From a virus (taxonomy: Duplodnaviria; Caudoviricetes), in the IMG/VR virus record IMGVR_UViG_3300012979_000041, positions 6,377 through 70,376 of that record: 64,000 nt of DNA; one strand, given 5' to 3'. Under the pieces are notes generated by a model that saw only the letters and a program-made list of their open reading frames with translations, searched no databases and was not told the origin of the DNA. The first letter of the stretch is position 1. Every line of letters begins with the position of its first letter. Both the position numbers and the translations under genes were made by a program. Shown here piece by piece: positions 8,732-23,500 of the stretch.

Positions 8732-11700
8732 GTGTCAGAATCCATTGATTTAAAATAGAATTTTGATATTTCAAGTTTTCTGGGTCAACTTTCAAAAGCC
8801 GAGGAGCAAGTGTCCTCCTTGAAAGCTGAGTTAGAAGAAACTCCAGGTACTCCAAAAGCGTTAAACGCCGGTTTAGACAGAACTTAGCATACGATAAATA
8901 TGCTAGAGAAGAAGGCGCATGCTGTAAACAAGTTATCTGACGGTAGAAAAGATGCTGTTGTAGGAGATTTAATGGCTGGGCTTGAGGAAATAAATATGTC
9001 AACTCAGTTGTTTTCTGAAGGCGGAAAGTTTTCTACAAGCTTAGCGAAACAAATGTTTGATGGTTTTCCAGAGGCAGTAAAAAAGGAACTCAGTAGCAAC
9101 ACTAGAGAAATCGAAAAGCTGATTCGTTCTTCTTTGGGATCGATTAAGTCATTCGGCGTCTCTAATATGGCTCGAGACATTTTGATGACCGATCGAGCTG
9201 GGGAAATTTTCGGAAGAAGATTCAAAAAAACATCGGGTGATCAATTTAAGAAATATATTGAAATGTAGCTTCCTCATGCTCTTCCTGCTTATATGATGGA
9301 AGAATATCAGATGTTGAGCAAAGGAACTGTTTCGAAAATTAACGCAAGCATTCATCCGCATGAAATAATTCCTAAAGCCTTCCAAACGGCATTCAAGAAC
9401 AAAAACTACACATCTTCAGGTTCTTCTAATGGTTTATTCATGCAAGAAGAACAAAGGAAGATGCTGCGCAACTTAATCTCTGAAAACGATGCTGCAATGC
9501 GTGCTGCGGAAAAAGTTGACGGAATGATCCGTAGAAGCACCGCTGGCCGAGCGCAATTAAACCGAAACATCACACAGGCTCAATATGACCAGTTTAAATC
9601 GAACATGTGGAAAGATTGGGTTCTTAGGGCATCAGGTTCTCAATCAAACAGAGTCGATCTTTTTGCAGACAATCTGTCTGCTTCCGACGAGAGAAAACTT
9701 CTTTCACGTATGACCGGCAGCTCCGCTGGTCGAGTTTTGTCTGCTATGAACAGTCTTGATCCCTTTGAAACTGCTGCGGCGTGGGCCACGAGCACAAAGC
9801 AGAAAGGTTATGAGACTTTAAAAAAAGAAGCTAGAAGAGAACTAGAGCAATATGAGATTGCGAGATTTCGATTTGGAGATGTTTTTTCCGGTAAAGAAAA
9901 ATGGAGACCCGTTGCTCTGTCTGAAAGCCAGAACACTAGATTGCTTGGCTTGAGCGGCATGCATAATCAGTTCACGGATAAAGTTGCTGTACTAGATCTT
10001 GCTGGATATGATAAAGAAAATAAAGAACACCAGAAACTATTGGAGCAATTGAGCAGCGGAAAAGAAGTGTCTTTGCCAGGTTCGAATAAGAAATATATTG
10101 CTCAGAATCTTCATGGTACAGGACGTAACACAACGTTCAGATTGATCGAAGCTGAAGCGTACAAGGCAGTAAGAGACAGAGAAAAAGCGTGGCTCGAGCA
10201 ACAAGGCTTTGCTTTTTCTGGAAATAATTACTGGAATAACCTTGTTGGAGAAGATTATGTATTTGAAAGCGAAGAAGCTTTACGTAAACATTATGACGCT
10301 ACTGGAAAAGGTTGGACACCTGGTTATCAAGTGAGGTCACAATAGAAAGATAAGAACTTTGGTATTGTTGATTTTTCAAAGATAAGCGACGCTGGACAGA
10401 AAGCTAAATAGGCAGACGGACTTGCTTGGATGGCTAAAGGTATTTTGCCTGAAGGATCTATACAGGCAAGAATCGGTATCTCGGGCAAGGGTGTTGTTAA
10501 TGAAATGCCGTTTAAAACAATGGGAGATTGGGCAGTTAACGCAGGATTGATTAAACCTGGTGAAAGGTTTATTCTACCTGGGCCTCGCGGAGATGTTGAT
10601 GTTACAGATTAGAATGGCGTTTCAGACGTGTCTCAGGTGAAAAATATTTCTGCATATGGTAACTTTAAATCTGGCGAAGAAATGAACAAAGCTTTTACTG
10701 CTTTGATGCAAAGATATGGTATTTCTACTGTAACGTCTTTCGGCAACGCAGAAAGCAAAGTTGATAGTTTGGGCCATCAAGCAATGATGTTCATGAAATT
10801 GTCTCCTGAAATTGTGGAAAAACAGATGGCCGCTGCTGATCGCAGACTTAAGATGTTGGATACTGAAGCTGGAATTAGAGAATTCATACTGAGCGATCCC
10901 AACGATTACCTTGCGAAAATGCTTAGAGAAGGCAAAATCTAGCCAACAGACAATGTTATTCAAAGCAGAGTTCAGAAAGAAAAAGATAGTATCATCTCTC
11001 GTTTGGCGAGCGGTGAGTGGCTTGATTTCGACGGGAGTGTTTCTGGTTACAACCAAAAAGTAAATAAAACACTGATGACGTCTCTTGTTGAGTTTGGCGG
11101 TGGTTCTAGAGAAGAAAAAATCCAGAAACTCCGTAAGCTCATGAAAGATAAAGGTTTAACAAGAGAATATACAGACGATGAAATAGCTGGAATCTGGGGA
11201 TTAGGCGGAGTTAAAGGTGGCGCTATAGTAGATTTCTTGCGACCAGACGAGGAATTTGTTGCTGTAAACAGAGCACCTAACGGCATTGCACAATTTGTTT
11301 CTGGTAAAAATTATGCGAAACTAGCACGCGATGTCTATAAAAAGTTTGGAATTTCAACAAATGGCGTGTTCTTGTCTGAAGAAGATATGTTGACTTTAGG
11401 CGACGCGGACTTCGACGGCGACGGCGTTAAAGTTATGTATGGAGATACCGCACATGAAATGGGGCGGGCTTCGGATTTATACAACGAGATTATTAACAAA
11501 CTTGCCATTACTTCAAATGCTCAGCATGTGAAAGATAATAACGGTGTTTTAGGAAGTGTCACGGATACGCCTGAACAAAGAAGGCGTGCAGCTGAAGACA
11601 GTATTGCGGCTGTAATGGCAATGGGATTGACGTCTTCTGCAGGCGAAAAAGCGACCATGTTTGATTTAACAGACCCAAGAAACAGAGATATGTTGATTGC

Positions 11701-14700
11701 GGCTGTACAGTCAAATCCTGCATATTCCATTGCTACCGTTTTAGGCAAAAGAGGCGGACATGTTGAACTGACGAAAGAAATGTGGGCTGCTTCAAGGCTG
11801 GGTAAAACATGGCAAAAGTAGCCTAGCAAATATTCCAATCTGTTCAACGTAACCGGAAAAGATGATATAGATATTCCAGATGAAGAAGATATCTACGTTT
11901 CGGATGAAGGAATAAAAGTTAACCTGGCTCAATTAAGAGAAATGGAGATTGATAAAATCAATCTTCCTTCAGCGTATCAAGATTCAACTTAGGTTGGACT
12001 AAGAATGGCTTCGCAACTCGGCAGCTCTCCAGAGGGAGAAAAACGAAGACGAGCTGTTTTAGAAGCCCTTGACCGAGTTATTGGATACGGTGGCGTCGGA
12101 GATAAATCGAAAGCTCTTTTGCAGAATCTGCGATTCCTGAAATTAGGAATGGCTACAGGAGACAGAGGTTCCACCACTGGGGAAGAAGACGATGTTTTAG
12201 CTGCACAAATATCGGAAGCGTATAAGGAAGTCACAGATTTAGCAAAAAGTAAGATTATTGGCGGTGGCAAGGTTAAACTTGATGATGGAACGGAAAAGCA
12301 GTACGGAGAATATTTGTCTGAACTTCAGAAACAAGCCGGAATAGATGTTGCAAAAGCTTACTTGTATTCTTATGGCGCAACTATAAACAGAATAAAATCT
12401 GTATACGGAGAAGAAGAGGGCTCTAAGATTGCTGCAGACCTTGTCCAACACGAAGGTGTTGATATGCCGAATGCAATCGTGTCTTCTGCTGAACAGCTTC
12501 TTAATCCGCAGAAGACGATTGCTCAACAAGAGAATGCTGTTGCAACTAGCTTTAAAGGTAAAAAACCTAAGTCTCGGAAAATTAAACAAGCACAAAGAAA
12601 CGCGAAAAAAGTAGAAGAGGCAACGCAAGTTGTAGAAGAAAAGATAGACGACAGTATTTCGATTTTTGAACAATACGAAAAAATAAAAACATTCGAAGGT
12701 TCACTGCAGGCAGAAAAAGAACTTTCGGAGTATATTCGCCAGGTTTCAGGTAAATGGTATAAGACGCACGCAAAGGTTGATGAAGATCCTGAAAAATCTT
12801 TCTATGCGCTGTCTTTGTATGAGTAGCGAAAAGCTCAAAATGAATACGATATTGCTTCAACTCATGGTGATTCTACCGTATTTGGCAGCGGAACAGCAAC
12901 AGGAGAAAACCTGTTTGCTTCATAGCAAGGAATGGAAGCTAATTATTTCTTAGCTACCAGAGCCCATCTTACCCAAAGCGGCGAAGGTGCTTTGGAATCA
13001 TTGCGGAAAAGTGTCCAAGGCGTTGGGACCGAATTCGATAAGCAATAGGCTACTCTTGAAAAGTGGAGTTCCGAAGTTGAATCTCTTCAAAAACAGCTTG
13101 ACGCGTTCAAACAATCTCGAGAACAATATTCTTCGAAAGCGAATTCCGATCTTGAGGCAGATGCATAGGCAATTAGCGAACAAGAAAAGAGAATTGCCGA
13201 AGCTAGAAAGCTTGAAGAACGGGGAAGAGAAAATCTGTTAAGAAGTAACGATTTGCGGTTTTCAGAGAACATCGATCAATTTATGTATCAGCTTACTGGA
13301 AAAACTGCGGACAGACAAACAAAGATTAGCAGAGAAGTAGAATCAAGAAAAATGCAACTCGAAAGAGAACGGGCCGCGATGGAAGAAGCTCACAATAAGA
13401 AGTTATTATCTGATGAAGCATACGAAAAACTGCTTCCTAAATTCGATGAAGTATCCAAGTATATCGATGAAGAATATAGAAAAAAACTTGAAACTCAGTA
13501 TACAGATAAGATTCATAAAGAAGTGGCTTCTTTCATTCGTCACGGTGACCGCATGGATCTCGCTCATCGTCGCCGTGCAATCGACAACACGATGTACGGA
13601 CGATATCTGGCTCAGACAGAAAACGAGCTTGAGCAAAGACGTCATTACGACGAGATGGGAACTCTGAAGCTCGAAGAACTCAAAAATGCTCAAGCTCCGC
13701 AGACAGAAATAGATAAGCTCACTGAGTCATTAAATCGCAATAAAGAGGCTATGGAAGGTCTTGAAAAAGCTCGCGGCAAGCTTTCTGCTGGTTTCCAAAT
13801 GCTTGATGACGCGGTTACGCGTGTCATTACGAGATAGGGGAAACAGCTTCTGTCTAAAGCAATGAACGAGTTAAAGAGATTTACGATAGAATTCAACACC
13901 AACATGAAAGAAATTCAGACTGTTACGATGAAGTCAGATGAAGAAATGGTTCAAGTCAGAGAAAATGTTCTGAATGATGCAATAAAATATCGTACTTCAG
14001 TGTCTGATGTTTCTACCGTAAAGAAAGCGCTTTATAGACAGGGATAGAGCGAAAGCGAAGTCGACAGTAGAACTGGTAGTATTTTGAAATTCGCAAAAGT
14101 AACTGCAATCAAGACAGAGAATGCTACGAAGATTATCACAACAGCTTTGCAAAACAATCTTGTATCTACAGCTGAAGAAGCTATGGATGCTTTGGTTGCT
14201 CTTGGCGATAGTGCGGCAACAAGTGCCGATCAGATCGGTGATGCTATGCAGAAGTGTGCTGCTGCTGCAAAGGTCGCCGGAGTTTCTTATTCAGAGTTAA
14301 CACCAATGCTTACCGTTATGACCAGCATGACTCAGTTAAGCGGTAAGCAAGTTGGTACTGCTATGAATACCATTTTGTCGAGACTTCATAATGTTACCGC
14401 AAATAAATACACGAAAGAGATTAACGGCGAAGTTACTGCGTAGAACGATGTTGAATCTGCTCTGGGAACAATAGGTGTTTCTTTGCGAGATGAAAATGGC
14501 GGCTGGAGAAAATCTACTGACGTATAGGTCGACATTGCCGAAAGATGGCAATCTATGACAGACATTCAGAAATCTCTTGTGTCAACTTCCGTTGCCGGCA
14601 CCAGACAGGGAAATATGTTCCAAACATTAATGGAAGGCATGTCCGAAGATGGAGGAGAAACGTTTAGAAAATATCTCGAGCTAGCAGAAGAAAGTGAAGG

Positions 14701-17700
14701 AATTACAGATGGAAAATACGAAATTGCCGTAACGTCTATTGCTTCTGCTCTTGAAACTTTGACGTCTAATTTCGATCGGTTAGTTTCTAGTTTTGAATCT
14801 TCAGGCATTGCGACAAGCGTGCTAGATTTTGTTTCGGATGTCTTGAGCGGACTATCTGATTTAAATGAAAATGTTCCTGCGTTAGGAAGATCATTAACAA
14901 TGTTGATTCCTATTCTTGCTACCGTTGCCGGATTAGCAGTTTTGATCAAGAGCAAAGGAAGTACAATATCTCTTCTTGCAGGCATTGGCGTTGCTGGAAT
15001 AGGCATGTTTGCCGCTTCTCAGATCGGAAAGTTTACGAATGTTTCAACTGCAAATAATGCAGAATACAAACAAAAAGTCGCAGAGCAAAACAGCCAATAT
15101 ATCGCTGAAGTAACAAAACGACAGCAAAGAAGAAAAGAACTCATTGAAGAAACCGTTGCTCTTGGCAAACAATACGATGAATTGGGATCTGCAATGGATT
15201 CTACTAGTTCTGAAAAGTTTGAAAAGAATCTAAACACGCTGATTACTTTGTTCCCTGAATTGAAAGATAATATTTCGGATGCAACAAGCGTTCTTTCACA
15301 ATGGAAAACGATAACGGACGAAGCCGCTGTTTCGGTAAATAATTTAACTAAAGAAGAAATTGCACATGCGGAAGTGAAAGCCAAACTGGATGCAAGCACA
15401 AATTTCGACGATTATGTGCAGCAACAGCTTGATCAGGCTAATGCAGATTCAATTGGCATTTCTTATGATTCGCTAATTGGTTTGGCAAATGCGCAGCCAA
15501 TCGGTCGCGAAACAAACATGTATTCGTTTGATCATTATCGCACGTTGTATGAGGCAGGCTTGCTTGGTTCTGATACTGCTCAAGAACAAGCGATAAGAGA
15601 CTTGTTTGATTATCTTTACAAAGGACAAGAATTCACTAATGCAACTTCTGAAGCTATCTTCTCTGGATATGCAAGCAATTGGTTTAATTGGTTTGGCGAA
15701 CCGGAAATCTATACCAACGGTAGATATAACGAACTTTTTGCTAGAAAATATTTTGAAGCCGAAGTTGTGCCAACACCAAAACAAGCAAGAATCACAAAAT
15801 TTAATCCTTTTAGTTCTGAAAGAAATATCGCAGATTTCCTTTTGTCTGATTCGTATGATTATTCCGATTCTGTTATTCAATAGCTTTCACTGCTTTATGA
15901 TCTGTACGCTCACGATATTGGACTAGACAGTATTTATAGCAATAAAGATGACTTCATTAAAAACATACAGTCAAATGATAATCGTCTAAAGAATTTTGAC
16001 AACGCTAATGTGTTGAGGAATTTATCCGAACAAATGTATTAGGCAGTTAATGGACAGCATGAAGGATTAAATATGCTGTATGAAGAACAGCAAAAAGCTA
16101 TCGATCTTGTGTATGGAGACAGTGTTTCTCACTACATTAGTGAATATGTGCCTGATTACCGCTTAAATCACGCAGATGATGAATTATTAGCTCTTGCCGT
16201 AAGAAAAAAATTTGTTGAATCCATTACAGATCCAGATACAAAAGTTATAGACTGGAGTAAAGTAAACGCTACGGATATGAACGCTGTAATTCCGATTATG
16301 TATGAACAAGTCCTCGAAGAAGGAAAAGAAGGTTATCTCGACATAACAGACTGGCCTTATCATTAGGGTGAAGAAGGTTTTGAATCTTTAGAACAAGCGC
16401 AAACAACGTTATCTGAAAGATACTCTGAAGACAAAGAGGGATATTATGCGGCATTGCGCGAATAGAAAGATAAAAACGAAAATCCTGCGTTTACGCCTGC
16501 CGACTCATAGGCTAAGCAAGCGTATTTAAATTGGGAAGCAAATAACGCTGGATATATTGATCAACTAATCGAGCTTTCGAAATATGCTTCTGATTCGAAC
16601 AACATTACAGAGTTTGTCGACAGAATCCCAGTTGATTTCAACAATCTAATCGGATTGCTTAGTCAGAACGAGACGCTCAATAAAGCGTGGGCTGCCACGC
16701 AAGCTGGCACAATGGATTTCTCGTTATTTAGAAAAATTCTTCAAAGTCAGATCGCTGGTTCCAATTTGTTAGATCACGAAGATTATAAAAATATGCTTCC
16801 TTCTTTCTTTGGAGAAGGGTTTATTTCGTCTTTATCAGAAGGAACTTACGATACTACTTCTACTGAAAACGTTGGTACTCTGATGACAGCAATGAGTAAT
16901 CCTGCGATGCTCGAACAGCTTGAGGCTCTGAAAAGTGTGTTCCCAGGTATCACTGAAGTTATCAATGCTATGACTTCTGGTGTTGAAATGAACGCTGAAG
17001 CACAGCAAAAACTAGCAAATATCATCATGTCAGAGACAGTTCGTGCGTCTAAGAAGTTCGGAGACAGTACCGAAGAAATTGCTGACAATATGGATCAGTG
17101 GGCTGGGGATGCGAAGTCTGTTGCATCCGCAATGAGAGAAATGAACTCTGCTCTCAGCAAAGCCGCGAATAATCAATTCTTTAGAGATAAGTATTTTAAA
17201 GGCGACAGAGATGAAGAGACGATGAGTGCCATTGCTCAGATGACTGGATTCGACGAGGATACAATCAAAGAGCAGCCAGAGATGGTAAAGAAAGCCCTCG
17301 AAGCAGCGCTAGAAGAAGACTATACTCTCATCGAAGAAGAGCTTAATGCTTTCAGTGAAAACATTAGTTCCAATCTTGATTATGATCAGCTTGGTATTCA
17401 ACTGCCTCAAATCGAAGGCGAAGCTCAGCCAGTCGACTTATCAACAGCTATCAATGCTATGACAGGCGATGCCGCAGCGCAACTTCAGCAATTAGCTGAT
17501 TACCTTGCTCAAATGGGCGTCGATGCTCATCTGGCGATCTCTTCTGACGGCGAGAAGATGAGTGCAAAAATTGTTGTTGATAGCATCAAAGGCAGAAAAG
17601 GCACAGCGAGTAGAGGCGGTGGCGGTGGTGGTGGTTCTAAGAAATCTGCAGCTGAGACTCTTATGGAAGACCTTTCCAAAAAGCAGGCTTCAAGAGAACA

Positions 17701-19396
17701 CATCATTAAAATGATCCAGTATCAAGAGACGAAGTATGAGAACCGTGGAGAGTTTGGCAACCTGAATAACATGATTGCTTTGGAAAATGATGCGCAAAAA
17801 GAATACAGATCAACACTTGAAGGCAATCTTGATTCTCTGAAAAAACAATAGGCTCAAACCACAAAGAACTCTGACGATTGGTATAGCCTGAGAGAAGAGA
17901 TTCTTAAGACCGAGGAAGCTATCGAAGAAGTAGATATCGCTATCGAGGAAAACATCGAACGCATGGAAGAAAATGAAGAAGCAATCCGACAGACTCGCAT
18001 TTCTCTGGAAGAGATGGTAGAAGCAGAGATTAACGCCAGAATCCAGAAAGAACGAGACATGCTTGATGGCTCTGTTTCCATGCAAGACACTATCACCGAA
18101 GCAATTCGACAGCGCTATCAGGACGAGTGGGATCTCGTAAAGCGAGACATTGAAAAGAAAAAAGAAGCTCTTGAAGAAGAGAAGAACCTGATTGATGAAA
18201 GATTGAACGCTCGTAAAGAGGCCGAAGACGAAGCGGAGAAATACGCACAACTGTCTGAATATAAGAGACAGCTTGCAATGATCTCTATGGACTCTACGAG
18301 AACCAAGGATGCTGCCGATCTGAGAAAGAAGATCGCAGACATCGAGAAGGATATTGCTTGGGATATTGCAGAGGACGAGGCAGACGCTACAAAGCAGCAG
18401 ATTGACGATCAGATCGCGGCTTACGATGAGTATGTCACTGTTGGCGATGAGGACATGCAGGCGTTCTTAGAGAACGCGAATAATTTCGCTGACGAAATCA
18501 AGAACGTTATGGGCTTGTCTCATGACGATCTGATGAATTGGCTGAAGCTCAATGTTCAGGAATACGCTAACTCTTTAGACGATGCTAAAAAGCAGATGCT
18601 TCAGACCTGGGACGATCTGTATAAACAGATGTACGGAATTACCGATACATACTGGGAGCAGATTAACCAGATTCTATCTTCTAAAGATAACTTCTTAACC
18701 TATATGATGCAGAGCGACGAATACATCAATGCTTCCGAAACAGATAAAGCCTCCATGCTTTACGAGTGGTCTGAAGCTTACGACGATTATGTTGCCGCAC
18801 TTAAAACAGGCGCTGAATACAGCCACGAAGATGTAAGCGTAGACAATATTGGATTGAGCGCTGCGCCTTCTAAAACACCAAGCAGCACACCGACAACCGA
18901 AAACAAGTCGACAACAATAGTCGGGCAAGCCGCTAACTGGTTGAAAGAAACAGCCAGTAACGTTGTGTCTTATTTCAATAGCGGTAAGGCTGCTGAAGAT
19001 GTCAACACTACTGTGAAAAACGGCGTCAATGCGCTTTCTAATCTGGTTAAGAAACTGAATATTCCAGGCTTTAGTTCAGGCGGCGACGTAGACTATACGG
19101 GCTTAGCAATGGTTCACGGATCTCCAAGTAGACCGGAAGCTTTCTTAAGCGCAGACGACAGAGTGTTAGTAAGAAACATGATTGATGCTATGGGATATGT
19201 TCGGTATGTCCCGAAGAGATTTGACTTCGATGTTGATAGCGGCAAGAACGCACAGATCGAAGAAGTCAATGTGGTGATCAACCAGGCTCAACTAAATAAT
19301 GATGAAGATATCGAGATCGTTGCGCAGAAAGTTGGTCAAGCGTTTGTCAAAGAACTTTCTAAATCTGGAGTACACACATCTAAATACTCATTCTAA
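8732..19396 (+). CDS. Giant tail tape measure protein (3554 aa) with N-terminal two-barrel RNA polymerase domain (~21 TAG)
   Basis: AAGGAGG RBS + GTG; 13 ORF-track fragments share one frame and every internal break is TAG; TP901-type TMP core ~13860-14700; C-terminal FSSGG..GLAMVHG..PEAFL; RNAP motifs at 10463, 11267 and 11402. Confidence 0.85.
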
Positions 19397-19402
19397 TTTA
19401 AG

Positions 19403-19431
19403 GAGGAAGGGGAGTAACGCCCCCTTCCTTC
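19403..19431 (+). terminator. Hairpin after the TMP gene
   Basis: GGAAGGGG...CCCCTTCC stem-loop. Confidence 0.5.
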
Positions 19432-19449
19432 GATTCTTATTTTCAGGAG

Positions 19450-20526
19450 GTGAAGGATATGGTTGGAGGTTTTTCCTTCTGCGGCGTTGACGTTGCGGAG
19501 ATTGGATTGCAATATGCTCCTGACAATGCTAATACATATGTTTACAAGCCAACGCAGACGACAATTCAAGAAGAAGCGTTTGACGGCCACGATGGTGGAT
19601 TCTATTATGGAGCAACAAGAAAACCAAAAGATTTCACGCTCCGCTGCTATTATGAATCGCAAAACATCAATGATGGCATTATGGCGAAAATACATTCGCT
19701 ATTCAGAATTGGCAAAACAGGCCAATAGGTTTTTGAACGAAATCCTTGGTTATACTATAACGCTACGGTTATCAGCGTCGATACAAGCCAAATGCTGAAT
19801 TTTTTGAACGGTTGTGTTGTTGTAAAAATGAGAGCATATTATCCTTTCGCGAGAACGGATTTAACCTATATAGATACCTTATCTTTAAATGATTACTCTT
19901 AGAGAAACAATTCTGCTTTGTTGGAAGTGGACGGATTGATGCCCGAGGTCGAGATCACGAAGAATAGCAATCTAACTAATCAAACGTCGTTTTTGCTATA
20001 CAATGCCGGAACGGAAAGAGCCACGGTTGCGATTCAGATCGCCGGCTCAGCCAAAGGTGTTACAATAGCTAATTCTACTACGAATCAAAGTTGCAAATTC
20101 GTCGGCTTATCGACTGGAGAAAACCAGTATGTAATGTCCGATGGTATCAACGGTAAAACTGTTTTAGTGGATAAGGCAGCAAATAAAACAGAATTAGCTT
20201 TCAGATTTCACGATTATGGGTTTATTGATCTTGAACCAGCCTTTCCGATCGCAAGAGATTTCGGAATTTCTTACGAAGAAGGTAGCAATAAGCTAACAAC
20301 AAATTTTGAAATGTATGAGGATTATCAAGGGAAATATATCCTCGTTAGAAACGAATGGCATAAAATTATTGAAGCGAGCGGTAATAAGATTACGTAGGCT
20401 TCCGCATTGGACGCCAACGGAAACGAAAACACAGTTATCGCAACGATGAACGAACTTACAGTGACTCCAGATACTACAATGGATCTGTCTTTGCTTAAGT
20501 TTGTTTACAAACATACATTTTCTTAA
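19450..20526 (+). CDS. Distal tail (Dit)-like protein (3 TAG)
   Basis: Directly after TMP; KTGQ*VFERNPWLYYNA resembles the Dit G-L-x-F..P..YY motif; ends TAA. Confidence 0.7.
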
Positions 20527-20540
20527 GGATGTGAGAAAAC

Positions 20541-23500
20541 GTGATACGAAACCGCAGAAATCTAGTATTGGATATCTTCGATTATAGCGGAAACAAAGTC
20601 TGCCCGCTATACGATGCTACTTCCGATACTTCCGGTCAGGCTGTCGATGTTTTTGTCACAACAGAGAGAAATGGCTGGAGAGAACTTTCGTTCACGATTC
20701 CATCTAAATGCTCAACAGAAAACGGGGAAGAAGAGAATTTTAGATAGAAATACCTAATTGCAGATTATAGAATTCGTCTTATTGATGACGATGGGACGGA
20801 TTGGTTTTTAATCTCTGAACCTAAAGTTACCCACAGTGCTTTTTCAAAAAACGTTCAGGTAACAGCTGGGCATATTTCTCAATTGTTGAAAACAAAGAAC
20901 CTTGGACTGGAATTTACTGACAAAGCCGGCAACAACATCGGAACGGCAGAGGAACTTCTTACAACGGTGTAGGAAGGTACTGGTTGGTCGGTTGGTGACG
21001 TTTCTGTTTTTTATGAGAAGGATGGTAAAACCGAAAAGAAACGCACTTTAAAAGCGTCGGCAAAGACGGGATCTTTCAAGTTGATTTCCAAAATTTGCGA
21101 TCTCTTTGAAGCAAAGCCTGTTTATCATGGAGAAGGAAGAACCGTCGATATTGTCCCGATTAACCCGTTTTCGAAACCTGACGATGATTCGATGCCAGAT
21201 ATTTCGAAAGCAGACGGTGTTGTTGAACTTCATTACGGTAAAAACGTAAAAAGCAACGCAAGAAAACTAAACACAGAAAACTTGATTACGAAACTCTATG
21301 CTTACGGTTCCTATGGTGACGATGTATCTGGATATTGCGGCATCGATGAAATAGAATATAGAGTTGCGAATATCACACTTACCAACGCGGTTGCAAAGAA
21401 CCATACATACTACTTTTCTGTTTTAGATGAAGCCGGCATAGAAGTGACATATTGTTTTGTTAGTACAGATGATCTAAGCAGAGGCACTGTATTGAAATTC
21501 TCAATGTTGGACTATGCATCTATGATGTATTTGTGGAATGATGGACTGCAGAAAGCATACAGAGTTACTTCTGAAATCAGCGGCATTGAACTTCCTTGCT
21601 CTGTAGAATATTCGAATGAGAGAAATTATTTCTCATTTATTATGAACTTTGATTACTACAATAAAGTAGGTTAGCTTACGGACGAGGCTATTCAAGCGAT
21701 CGCTGAATATCAAGTTAATGGTCAAGTTTTGAAGAAAAATATTCTCGATAAAACAACAGAGATGAATGACAGTCAGCTTGTATTAAGTGAAACAATCGGT
21801 AATGTTGATTTTTGCAAACTGAATGTGACAAGCACTGGATTTGAAGATTCATATCGTACGATCACTATCTCTGGAAACCCTGACGATGTTGGTGTTATTT
21901 ATAGAACCGACTATGGCGTTCTGAAAAAAGATAGGTTCGAATGGCATATTTCGAAAGGAATTAAGCCGACTGGTGAGTCCTTAAACGAAGAAGCGTCTGT
22001 TATGTATGTGGTTCACAATACCAGCCCAGTAACGTGGGAGAAAGTATATTTAAAAGACATTGTCAACAACGAAGATAATATTGTTATTACTCTCTGGGCT
22101 GAAGAACATCAACCCATTAGTGTGAACGATAGATTTTATTTGTTCGCAATGAACAACGTTAACGGATACTTCGGAGCATATGAAACAGCAGACGAATCTT
22201 GCAGAATCACGCTAGAAAATGCAGTGAAATAGGTAACAACCAATCATCCAGTATATTTCAGTACGCTCGCTCCTATTGTTTCTGAAGCAGAACTGAATGG
22301 ATATGGGTGGTGGGTAAAGTATTATGAAAACTCTTTGTCTTCTGAATTGTATTTCTGCTATTCTGCGGCGGGGGACAATGGTTGGAATAGGGTTTATTGT
22401 TCAAATACCGCACCTGTTGTAAACAACGGAACGTACTGGTTCAATTGGGAAACAGCAACATAGCATTTCTGCATCAACAATGTTTGGAATAAGGTTGTCA
22501 TTTCCGAAGAGAAACCTGCGCATGATGGCGACTACAGGTTGTATTTCAACACGAAGTTAGTAGAATCGTTTAGCCCCGTTTATAACGCTATGCTTACAAG
22601 AGACAAGTATTATAAAGGCCAATACGATACGTATACCGTTTCGTTGACAAAAACAGTTTCTGCTGGCAATTATTATCTTGCTGATAAGTACGGAACTTAT
22701 TTCCTGTTTACCACAAACAGACAGCTTAATAGTGGAGATAGCGTTGTATATAACACTACAGAAGGTCACGTTGTTCAAAAAGCGTCTGGCGTTGAAACGA
22801 TTCTCGAAGCGAAAGCATATCGTTTCGATAATGTGAAATACCATGCTGCTAATGTTATACCTACGGAGCTGATTTCTTCTGGTACGCTTGATTCTTCTGG
22901 TGTAGAAATTGAAAACGCCGGATACAATCGTACTGGATTTATTCCGATTTATCCAGGAGAATATACGATATCAAATGCTTCGTCTTTAATCGTGCAAAGC
23001 TATTCAAAAGGTAACCAGCTTATATCAAGCATGATGATTCAGAATAGCTTTACTGTTGGGGAAAACACTGCATACATTAGAATCACCGGTTCTGTAAACG
23101 ACTTGAATGATAAAACCATCGTTCGTCATTTATATCAGGGTAACTCTGTAATCGCAGATAAGACTACGTATGTTTACATTGGCAAGAACGTTGGCGGGGG
23201 AGAGCTTAAAGGTCTTGTTCCTCTAATGGTTAAATTCGCCGAATACGCTGATTAGACTTATGAAGTTCGAAAAGCAGCTGTAGATGCCGCACAAAAAGAA
23301 TTTAGAACGCTTGAGTGCGATATGATCGACAAGCTGGGAGATATTTACCGAGAAGGATATTGGCAGACAGAAGAGTACGTTGAGGGAGACGAAAGCAAGC
23401 TATACGATGATGCTTTGGAAAACCTGAAAGAGTTGGCGAAGCCAGACGCTTCATATACTGTCTCTTTCCTTGATCTTTACGGCTCTGCGCCTTAGTCTGA

